Assembly (NCBI GenBank): GCA_028534125.1
Contig: CM052820.1
Coordinates: forward strand, 868,001-932,000
Origin: Lama glama
Lineage: Eukaryota
Length of the DNA: 64,000 bases
Reading direction: 5' to 3'
Shown: one piece after another, positions 48,441 to 59,300 of the stretch
How positions within the stretch are numbered: position 1 is the stretch's first letter
How the letters are laid out: the number at the start of each line of letters is the position of its first letter
Translations under genes and position numbers: made by a program
The notes under the pieces: model-generated
What the model was told of the DNA's origin: nothing
The model's input: only the letters and a program-made list of their open reading frames with translations
Database searches by the model: none

Positions 48441-49099
48441 GGTGGTGGTGTGGTTTAATGAAAAGTTTTAGTTGACTGTTTTTTATCTTTTCACAAATGA
48501 ATTTTTAAGGGAGCTCAGTTTGTCTCTGCTCAGCTTCCCAAGCTGCAAAGAAGACCTGCAGGGGAAGGAAAAGAGGTAGAGGGGGTACCCAGGAACCCAG
48601 GGGGGCGGGGCTGAGAGGAGAGCAAGGGAGAAGAAAGATGTGAATGGGGCAAGTTGCAGGGTGGAGGAAACGCCCCTGGAACCTGGGAACCCCGGCACGG
48701 CTGCAGTAGCCCTGCCACCCCAGCCGGCAGGGGAGGGCCTGGGCGTCAGCTTTTCTTACCCTTTCCTCTTTTCTAAGGGGCGGTCTCGGTGGAGAGCCCC
48801 AACCCCTGTGCCTCCAGGGAGCCCCAGCTGCTTCAGGGGCGGAAGGCCCTTGTGCTGCTTCCCACCCTGCGTCTTCGCGCATGCCGGCCCCGGAAATGTG
48901 CTCTTTTCTGTTTCGAGAGCTCGCACTCATCCTCCGAAACCCTGCGTAGGAATCGTCTCCCCATGAGGCTTCCCCAGTGACCCCCCAGGCCAGACAGCGA
49001 ACCCCTCCCTCCCAGTGACCCCGGGCTCCCCCCTCATCCTGCTCCCCCACCAGACCGGGAGCTCCCGCGCTGAGCCTCCCACAAGCATACACTGAACGA

Positions 49100-49200
49100 A
49101 CAAAACCCGGCTCGGTCAGATACTGGCCGTACCTCACCCATCGCGTGACCGTGGGCAAGGCAGCTCTCTTCCTCTTGCCTCAGTTTCCTCAGGTGTCTCA
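49100..49200 (+). mobile_element. MIR fragment
   Basis: gtgaccgtgggcaag...tgcctcagtttcctc core. Confidence 0.6.
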
Positions 49201-50000
49201 CGGGCCCCCCGCGCCCTTCACGGGGTCGTTGGGGGCTTTTAGCGCTATGTCCCCCGGGCGGGGAACTGGACCCAGAGGCTGACCCGCCGTCCTCGGCTTG
49301 ATTTCCAGATCGGTGTCCGAGGCGGATCCGGCCGGCTGGGGCTCCGCAAGCCAGGTGCGAGGGTCCCGGCGGGGCACCGGGTGGGGCAGGGGGCGGGGAC
49401 CACCGCCTGGGGGCCCTGTGAGGTCACAGAGGGAAGCCCCGGCCCGACCTGGGATTCCAGGGGGTGTGGCCGTGGGCGTGACCAGGCCTGAGCAGGGCTG
49501 GGCCGGCCGCGGAGGGCGTGTCCGGGGCGTGTCCGGGCGCGGCCGGGCGCCGGGATTGGCGGAGACCCGGAGCCGCAGCGGGCACGTGGGCGGCGGGCAG
49601 GTCTCCACGGCAACCCGACTCTCCGGCGGACTGGAGGCTGGAGAGCCGGGCTGCGCGGCGTCGGCCGCAGCCCCGGGCGGACCCTGTGCGGTCGGTGCGC
49701 GCTCTTTGAGGTTCGGTGCGGCCCCGCGGCGGGGGAAGTGACTCGGGGGCATCCCCCAGCTCCGCGGAGGCGGCGGTGGGGAGCCTGTGCGTGGGCCCCG
49801 CGCCCCGGGGCCTGGCCGGCTGATCTCCCTGGGTGGGGCGGAAAGGAGATTTGAGACCCGACGTGCGCGAGAGGCTGTGAGTGTGGGGTTGCGCGGGGAC
49901 CGTGTCCTCGCCGCCCTGGCTCCAGCGGCCCGCGGGGGAAGGAGGAGCCCGCTGTCTCTGGCCCCAGAACGTGGCCCTAATTTAAGGCCGTGGGCGGGTG
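49200..50000 (+). promoter_or_regulatory. ANKMY1 CpG island promoter / non-coding first exon region
   Basis: Dense CpG; E-box CACGTG 49583-49588; X-box GTCTCCACGGCAAC 49601-49614; strong acceptor at 50202 just before the ATG exon. Confidence 0.8.
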
Positions 50001-50219
50001 GCCCAAATGGTGCTTCCTGTGGTTCCTGGAACCATAACAGGGACACCCTGGGGGCGTTCGTGAAGGCTTTCCTAGGGGGTTCCAACAGGATCCGGGCATC
50101 CACCGTGTTTCTCTAGGGCACGTGGTGCTGTGGGCGGGTACTTGGGCGCCCTACCCGGTAAACCTGAGAGCGGATATTGTGGGTCCCTGACCTTGGTTTC
50201 AGGTTCGAAGAGGAGAGAC

Positions 50220-50353
50220 ATGGAAGGTTATTATTCCTCACCCTTATACTACGAAAGCCCAGATGTTAGCAGCTGTGAAGACCAGGCAGACGAGACGGGC
50301 CGCGAACCTGGTGCCGTCGGGACCCTGGAGAGCCCCAGGCTCGGCACCAAAAG
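50220..50353 (+). CDS. ANKMY1: ANKMY1 first coding exon (exon starts 50203)
   Basis: ttggtttcag|GTTCG...gacATGG; MEGYYSS...LGTK; phase-2 donor AAG|gttgtt matches the next exon. Confidence 0.75.
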
Positions 50354-53300
50354 GTTGTTCCTTCAGAGGGTGTGTGTGCCGGCCTCTCTCCTTGGCTTGT
50401 AGATGACTGTCTTCTCTCTGTGTCTTGACAAACCCTTCTCTCTGAGTTTTTCTGTGTCCAAACTTCCCTTCGATGAGGACTACAGCCACATGGGTCAGGA
50501 CCCGCTCTAATGACCTCACCTTAGCTTGATTACCTCTGTGAAGGCGCTGTCTCCAAATACAGCCACATGGTGAGGGACTGGGATCTAGGACTCCAACATA
50601 CGGGGGGAGAAGGGGAACGCAATTCAAGTGACAACCACAGGTAAGAAAAAGAAAAACACCCAGTTCGAGCTCCCGACTTTGCTGCTGTCGCATGTGGGTC
50701 TCCACCCTTTCTGGCTTCTTTCCGCAGACAAGTCACAACGCGGCATAGAGGGCTCTTTGTGTTTGCAGCAGCCAGAGTGTTCCTCGCTGGTCGGGTGCTG
50801 GTTAAGCCTCTGCGGCTCACGGCTGGCATCTGAGGGCCAGCTGGTGGAGGGCTCAGAGTCTGAGGGGTCCCATGCCATGAGCCGCCCAGCCAGGCATCCG
50901 CCTGACAGCGGCACAAGTCTGTAGACCAGAGACACCCAGACGCAGCATCCTCCAGAGAGCCCTCTGGAGCCGGGCACCGGGGGTGGGCCCGCTCTAAGTC
51001 GGGATGTGGGCCTTCAGACAGTGAGCGCAGGAGTGGGGCAAACCTGCCCTGGTGCACGCCCTGCCCCCTGCTGGGCACCCCCCATCCCTGCGTCCTTGCG
51101 TCCGTCTGTCCACCTTGTTAGTCAGCTTGCTGTCCCTCAAGCTGCCCTCTCATCCCCTCTGGCCCGAAGACCCTTGTCTAAATGAAATGCCTGTCTCCTG
51201 CCCCCGTTCTGGGTGGGTGCTGCTGGCTCTCGAGAGAAGACCCTGTCCGGAGTGGGGGCACTCTGGGCTGGGGGAGGGGACAGGGTTCCCCTAGTGAACA
51301 GTTGGAGTGGGGCAGCCTCCGGTTCCAGGCAGTGGAGCTGGCCTGGGCTGAGAGGGCTGCCTGGTCCTACACCCTTACCCTCAGAAGACACGGCTGCACA
51401 CTTACTGCGTTTCCCACTCCTGCGTGACCCTGGGCAGTCACTACACCCCCCAAGCCTCAGTTTTCCTCTCTGGAGAGTGGGGTGGCCCCACAATCGGCCT
51501 TGGGGGTGGTTGGGTGAAAAAGTTTCTCAGCACTCCGTGGCCCTTAAGACTTCAGCCAGCATCGGTCTCCCCTCCCCCTGCTCTTCTTCCTAGGTTTGCC
51601 TGGGAGGCCCCGGAGGAGGAAGAGGAGTCCGGGGGCCCCCTTAGGGAGCAGGGCCTGAAGGAGGTCTACACCCAGCTTGTCCAGGGTGTGCAGGAGTGGC
51701 AGGATGGCTGCGTCTACCGAGGAGAGTTCGGGCTGGACATGAAGCTGGGATGCGGTGAATTCTCCTGGCCCACGGGCGAGGTAACTGGCTTCACGTGCTT
51801 CTCTCCTCCTCTGGGCTCGGCCACTCATGGCCTGTCTCTCCCCTGAGAAGCGTGTGCTGTGAACTCGTAGATCCACCAGCAGGAAGGATGCCAGGCGAAT
51901 GTCTCTCCTATTTGAGAAATGCCCAGAGAGACTTCCAAGACCCTGCCCGAGGTTGCCTGGTGTCCACAGGCTGCAGCTCTGGAACCTGTGACTTAAGATA
52001 AATTCTTATTCTTGGCCAGTGTTTTAAAATTGGAAATTACTATAGTGAGAAGTATGTTTCTGTTGGTGAAATTGCCTTATATTTAAGGTCAAACGGAAGA
52101 AATGGATCTTCTTAAAGACCAATTTTCAGGGCCCACAGCAGGCTCAGTCAGGACTCAGTGGGGACCCCAAGGGGCCTGTAGCAGAAGCTGTTTGCACCAC
52201 CTTGTGTCCTTGGCAGTGTGGGCGGCTAAGCTGGGTGTGGGCTGAGTCTCGGGGGCTTAAAGCACCTCCCCCAGTGGGAAGCTGGGTTCTGAAGGCTTCC
52301 CAACTAGGGGTTGCATCCCCGCCAGCTGCACCTGCACTGGGGAAGGATTCTGCCCTGCCTGCCTGATGCTGTGTGGTTCAGCTGAGACTTAAGTGCATCT
52401 TTTCCTGCAAATGATAAAAACTGTCTGGAGGCAACATGGGGGGTTGTGCATTTGGGGGAGCTCAGGGGATCCAGAGGGCAGGACACCTGGCACTGAAACC
52501 CTTCTGAGAGGCAGGCACTGGCTGGCACACTTCTCAGAGGCCATGTGGGGTCCTGGTCTATGAGCACAGAAGGCCACCTGAGTGCCCGGCCCCGCCCGCT
52601 TCAGGTGTGGAAGGCAGCCGTCTAACATGCGTGAGCATCGGTGACTGAAAAGTCCTTGGAACAGATGTCACATTCGCATTCTTTTTCCCTCCGGGGCCGC
52701 AGTGGAGGGGCACCTCTGACAGACCCAGCCTTGGGCTCAGGGCAAGAGCACAGACAGAGGCCCACATCCATGGCCTCAAAGTGAGGTGTCTTCAGTCAAA
52801 ACCACACCCATGTCCCCAGCCAAGGCCCACAGCCTGTCCCCTGGGCCACACTTGTGTCCCCAGGGCTAGTGGTCCCCAACTCCCTGGGCCAGCCTGCTGC
52901 CTGTGGACCCAAGAGGGGCCGGGCAGGGTGAGGAGAGACAGGTCCCGCCCAAACCCAGGCAGTTCTGACGCCTCCCCAAGCCCCCGACCTAAGCCAGGGC
53001 AGGAGGCAGCGTGGCCATTGGGAGGCCAACTGCCTGGCACGTGCTCTGTGTGATCTGGGTGACCGCCAGGATTTAAAGGGGGCTGGGTGGCCAGACGCCC
53101 CGTGAGCCCAGTGCAGCCCCAACAGCCCCTGTTCACTGCTGACCAGGCGGGGGTTGGGGGCTAGGGTGGGGGATGTCCAGTCAGGTCCTGCGCGGGGAGG
53201 GGCGGAGCCTCAGGCGCCGCCGGTGACCCAGCTCTGTTCGCAGTCCTACCGCGGGCAGTTCTACCGGGACCACCGCCACGGCCTGGGCACCTACACGTGG

Positions 53301-56300
53301 CCGGAAGGTTCCAGTTTCACGGGCATGTTCTACCTGAGCTGCCGGGAAGGCTACGGCACCATGTACCGGAAGACGAGGCTCTTCCAGGTGAGGGACAGGC
53401 CCCTGTGTGCTCAGGCTGCTGGGCAACGATGTTTAGGTTTGGGGGAGGTTTGTTCCACAAGAAGTAGCTTTCTTTTTTTTTCTTCTTCTTATTTTTATGG
53501 GGAGAGGGGAAGTACTTGGTTTATTGATTGTTATTATTTTTTTAATGGAGGGACTGGGGATTGAACCCAGGACCTCGTACATGCTAAGCATGTGCTCTAC
53601 TGCTGAGCTACACCCTCCCCCTCGAGAGTTCTTATTTTTAATGATTATAATAGTGGCGATAATAAGATACAGTAACAAGTTATCTGAAAAGTGAATGAGC
53701 GCAAAGCAAGAAGATGAAAGCTCTTCATCGCTCCGCTCCCCAGAGCAGGGTTGGGCTGCTGGCAAGTTGTCGTGTCTCCATCAGACAGTACACTCTCTGA
53801 GAATATTTACCTCTTTACACACAGACTGGATCACTGCACGCATATTGTTTGAAAGCCGTCTTTTTCCTTTCCTGGAGAATACTTGTGGTTTTGTAAACTG
53901 AGCTACCCTCAACCCTTATTTCACAGCAGTGCGATTTGCAGTAAAATCCACCCGCTTTAGTACAGAGTTCGGGAAGTTCTGACAAGCACAGAGTCGTGCC
54001 ACCACTACCACAGTCGAGATTCGGGACAGTTCCCTCACCCCAAAACATTGCCCTGTGCCCCTGGTCGCAGGTCTCCGCTCCCACCCCCAGCACCTGGCTG
54101 ACCCGTTTCTGCCGGTGAGTCTGCCTTCGCAAGGAGGCTGTATTCATGGAATCAGATGCCAGGTAGGCCTGTGAGTCTGGCGTCTTCCACTTAGCAAAGC
54201 GCGTCTGAGAGTCACCCGTGTAGCTGTGCGAAGCCATACCTGCTTCTTTCTTCCTGCTGGCAGCTTTCCCACTGCACGTCTCCACCACAGCCTGTCCTTC
54301 CCCAGCTGGCAGGCATTTGGGTTGTCTGCCGTTTCTGGCGATTGTGAATAAAGCTGTAAACGTCTCTATCACATGTGGGTTTGTGAGTGTGTGTGTGCAC
54401 GTGTGTAAACATCTTCCCAGTTCCCCGCTGCCCTGCGGGGTCAGCCTCACCTCACCCGCTAGCCCTTTGGCAGCCCCTAGTCTGTTTTTGTCACTGTGGT
54501 GTCCCCTTGCCTGTAATCTCATGTGCATGCAGTCACACAGCATGTCGTGTTTGCTGTTGATCTCTTTGGCTGAGGGCGTGGTCCCTGTGAGATTCACACC
54601 TGTTCTGCATACTTCACTAGTCCGTTTCTTTCTCCCTAAGGAGTCGTGTCCCAGTGCGGGGACAGAGCACAGAGTTTTTGTTGGTTCACCAGTAGCCGCT
54701 CACGTGAGTTCTTTCAAGGTTTTGGTTATTATGAAGGTTTGATTCTGCTGAGAATATTTGATTACGAGTCTTCATGTGCACACGTGTCTGTATTTTCACT
54801 TGGGTAAATACCTGTGAGTGGGGTAGCAGTCCTGTGTTCTGTTTCGGTCAATAAAAACACTTCTTTACATAAGAGCTTTTTACCAGTCTCAACTTCACTT
54901 TAGCTTTTTTTTTGGTGAGGGGAGGTAAAGAGGTTTATTTGTTTATTTGCTTGCTCTTAATGGACGTATTGGGGGTTGAACCCAGGACCTCGTGCACGCC
55001 GGGCTGGTGCTCTGCCACGGAGCTGTACCCTCCCTCACCGTTATGGTAAATTTTATAAGGAGCTGTCAAATGGTTTTCCAAGCAGGTGGACCGTTTTCCA
55101 CTTCAGCCATCAGATATCAAAGTTCCCGCTGCTCCACATCTTTGTTGACACTTGGTATTGTCAGTTTTAAAAACTTTGACCATTGCTATGGGTGTGTGTG
55201 GTATCTCACTGTGGTCTGAATATGCAGGACCCTGGTGATGGACGGTGCTGAGCGTCCTTTCATGTTCCTATTTGCCATCGGTGTCTCTTCGCGGTGGAGT
55301 GCTTGTCCGTATGTTTTGCTCATTGTTTTTAATTGGGTTGTTTGTGTTCTTACTATAGAGTAAGTTCCTTGTCTGTGTTCCAGACACAGACTTTATCAGT
55401 TGTATGATTTACTGATAAATCAGTTGTATATTTTTACTGTTATATGTCTTCCCCCAGTAGTGGCTGTCTTTTTGTTTTCTTAACAGTGTCTTTTTTTTTT
55501 TTAGGTGGTTCCAAGATATATTTTATTTAATTCTGCTGAATGTTAGTGACCTGCTAAAACCAGGACTGTGTTAAGTTGTATTTCTTTGTATGCCCACTAT
55601 CGAAATTCAATAATGGTGAATAAAAAGACTTAGTGCATTTTGAAAAGCAGATTTTTAAAAGTTGTGATGTGGTCCAACTTACCACTTTGTCTTTCTGAGT
55701 TCTTGCTTTTTTTTTCTTTCAATGTCCTGTTTAAGGAATCTTTGCTCAACCCAGGTCACTGAGATTTCCACGTGTGTTTTCTTCTTTGTGGAAGGTTTTA
55801 GCTCTTCTGTGTAGGTCTGAGACCTCCTATGAGCTGACTTCTCCGTTTCTCGTGGAGTGAGGCTCCCTCCTCCTTCACGTCTGATCGTTCCAGCTCCATC
55901 TGAAGGGACTCGTTTCCACCGCCTGGCCTTTGCATGTTTGTCCAGAACCACATCTGGAGACACGCGTCTGGTTGTCGTGGACGTGGATGCCAGGCGCCTC
56001 GTTCCTTCCGTTGCGACGACCCCGTCAGCCTTCTCGTGGTTTCTGAGTGCTGGTGGGTGACCACTGTCCAGAGCTGTTACTTCATCAGAGTACGCAAGAC
56101 AGCGACATTTAGTTCTCTTATTCCTTCTTCCTTTATTAACTAGAATTCTTTTATTTAAAAAAATCCTTTATCAACCGTTTGGTTGCCTTGAGGTAGTTTA
56201 TATGGGAAAGGCAAGGTGACGCATGATTGTTTCTCCTTTCTGTACCAGTTTTCAGAATAATGGGTTGATTTCCTAACAGTCCTCAGTGGTGATCAGTGGG

Positions 56301-59300
56301 GGTGAGGTTGTTTTTGTTTTTGTTTTTTTAGTGTCTTCACAAACTCATGGAAGCTCATGGACGTGATGTGTCTCTGCCCGTTGCAGTCAGCATGGCTCTG
56401 GTGCCGCGGCCCATCTGTGGTCAGGGAGAGCCTCTTTCATTTAGTTCTTGCAGTCCTGATTCTTTGGTAGCTGTCTTGCTTTCTGTTCTGCAAGGAGTCC
56501 CAGGCTCATTCGGACACTTCCTGCCCTGGACCCAGAATCACTGCTCACCCGTCGCTTCTGGCTCCTTCAGTGGAACGTGATATTCAGAAACCACGATTTG
56601 GGTGCTCATTACTGCCACGCTGGCTGGTTATTATTTTTCGGCCTTTTCAGTAGCAGATCTAGAAAGCACACTTATTCGCGTGAGAAAAGACAACATCAAT
56701 TTGACTGCTCTCTCTAGTTCCAGCTCAGGACAGGGGTTCACCCAACAGCTCTGGGGCTGTGTTTGCCTGTCTTTTCTCTTAGTCTCAAACATCTTGGTTT
56801 CTAACCATAACAGCATCTCCGAGTTGCTTTATCTCATAACAAATGTGAAATGGTTTCAGGATAGCAATAGTATTACTATCACCATTATGATCAGCGAAAG
56901 CTGTTCAAGTCCCCTTCACCAGCTCTCTATCCCTGGGGCCTGTCCCACCAGGGATGTGGAATCAGATCAGACGGAAGAACCCCTCTCAGCGTGGTTCATC
57001 CACCGCCTGGGCGTAGAGCTGTGTTTGCTTGCTTTATTTGGCCTTCACGATTTTAGGATTCTAGTTTTTAAATATTACTTTTGTTTTGTAATTATGCAGG
57101 TCAAATCCAGCAAACAGGGTCCCTCCTGAGAGGTCCGGCCTCCACCCCCTCTTCCCTCTTGACCCCTCCCTGCCTGTGGTGGTGTCTTTGTAGTTTTGTC
57201 TTTGCGTTTACAAATGGTGGGCAGATATGCACGCCCGCTCCTCTCTGCTGGTCCACCCTGGGCACCTGTCCTGGATCCCGTGTTTTCGCTGGTGATCCGT
57301 GAATCCCATTCCTAGAAGTGGGATTATTTGGTCAGAAAATAAAATGCTTGTTAACAACAGAATTTTAAAAGCCATGGCATGTTGCCTCCTGCAGACAAAG
57401 CCTCCTTTATTTAACCGTGGAGGTTCCTGGCATTACTGTTTGCTGTTCATGTAACTGTTGTGAACGCACCTGACAGCACGGCTTTGGTGCCCCTGGGATT
57501 ACCTCCTGACACAGCCTCTTGGACGTGGCGCCCCTGGGTCAGGGGTGGGAGCTCCTTCGGGCTCTGCAGACCTCTCCTGCCGCCTGCCTCCCGGCCCGTG
57601 CCCCCTTCCCGCGCCCTGCCCCGCGTCCTTCCTCCAGGCTCGCTCCTCCTCAGGGACACCCCAGAGCTTCCGGGGCAGGCCCTGGCGGCACTTCACAACC
57701 CACTGCCGCTCCACAGCTCAGGTCTTTGCGTGGTGAAGTCATCCTTAAGCATCTCGCCCGTTCACTTCACTTGCTGCCGCCTGTTCTAGACTGCGAGCTT
57801 CCTGTGGGCGGGGGCTGTGCGTCTCGGAGCCTCAGGTCCGCTGTGCCCAGCCTCAGGCTCGCAGCCCGAGATGCTTAGAGGGCTGTGTTGAGTGGAGGAG
57901 GTCTCTGAGAACAGGGCTGCCGTTCCCGGTTCGCAGAGGAGAGCCCTCTTCAGGCCCCTGTGCCTCTGCCTGGGCAGATTCCTCGGCCCTCCCAGAGACC
58001 TGCAGGCAGCCTTCCGTGCCGCTGCAGGGAACGTGCAGCCCCTGACCCCCTGCAGCGAAGCCAGGTCTTCGTCGGCGCTCCCGGTGCTGGAACTCTTGTG
58101 CCAGGTTCCCTCATCACCAGGGAGGCTCTGCTGCTCCTTGTTCCTCCCCAGGGGCACCCCGGGTCTCCCCTCCCCCACACCCCCCGCCCAGCATGGACAC
58201 ACCCACACAGCGGAAGCGTGGGAAAGGCCAGACATGGCTGCACTCTGCTGGGTTCGTGGGGAGCCTGTTCCTCCTCCTCCTCGTCCTCCTCGGCCCGCAC
58301 CTGCTGGGGTCTGTCTGACTTGGTGCCTGGCACCTCTACCCGAGGGGTGCCTGGGCTGAGCCACCGTGGCAGAGGAGCAGGGGGTTCCCTGCAGTGAGCC
58401 GGGATGTGGCATCCCGGGCAGGCTTCCACTGCGAGGCCCTCGTCGCGGCCCCACCGTCTACCACCAGGGGTCACACCTTTGTCCTCGAAGCATCCTTGCT
58501 TACACCTGTGCTGTGGGTCCCTCTGTCTGGTGCAGCCGCCTCCATACGTTTTTATTGAGTGAATGAATGCATTTCTCAGGAAGATCTTATCTTCCTTTGA
58601 TTTTAAGAAATTGGCCGCGCAAGGTGCACGGCCCTGACGAATCACCTCTTTTGCCCTCTGAGCTGCAGGGGCTGTACAAAGCGGACGAGCGGTTCGGGCC
58701 GGGCATCGAGACCTACCCGGACGGCAGCCAGGACGTGGGGCTGTGGTTCCGCGCGCACCTCATCAAGCTGTGCGAGCCGGCACCCGGCGGCTTCTCCATC
58801 CGCAGCTACCCCGAGTTCTCAGGCTTCCTCTCGCACACGCCTGCCCGAATCAGCCTCGCAGACGAGGAGAAAACGGAGTGGCCCCTGCACGAGGGGAAGG
58901 ACCCCTTCTTCTATGACTACAAGCGGTTTCTTCTGAATGACAGCCTCACGCTGCCTCCGGAAATGCATGTCTACTCGACCGACAGCGGCCACCTGCCCAT
59001 GACCTCCTCCTTCCGCAAAGACTTAGACGCCCACATCTTCCTCAACGATATCCCCCCGTTTGTGGAGGACGGAGAACCCTGGTTTATCAAAAACGAGACC
59101 CCCTTGATGGTCAAAATCCAGAAGCAAGCTTACAAGTTCAGGTAATCAGACCCACCTTCCTCCTCACCCGACGCCTACAAGGCTCTCTGCTCCTCTGACA
59201 GGTGCGTGCTCAGGCCTGGGTTCCTCAAGGCCTCTGGCGCCCAGTAGCTTTCGGGTTATTTGTCATGCTTGTCTTGTCTGACTGGCTGATGCAGCCCAGT

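Larger units (their letters stand above)
53910..57100 (-). mobile_element. Cluster of old L1M 3'-end fragments in an ANKMY1 intron
   Basis: Antisense L1 signatures (cttccacttagca, ggtatctcactgtggt, tttgctcattgtttttaattgggttgtttg). Confidence 0.8.
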
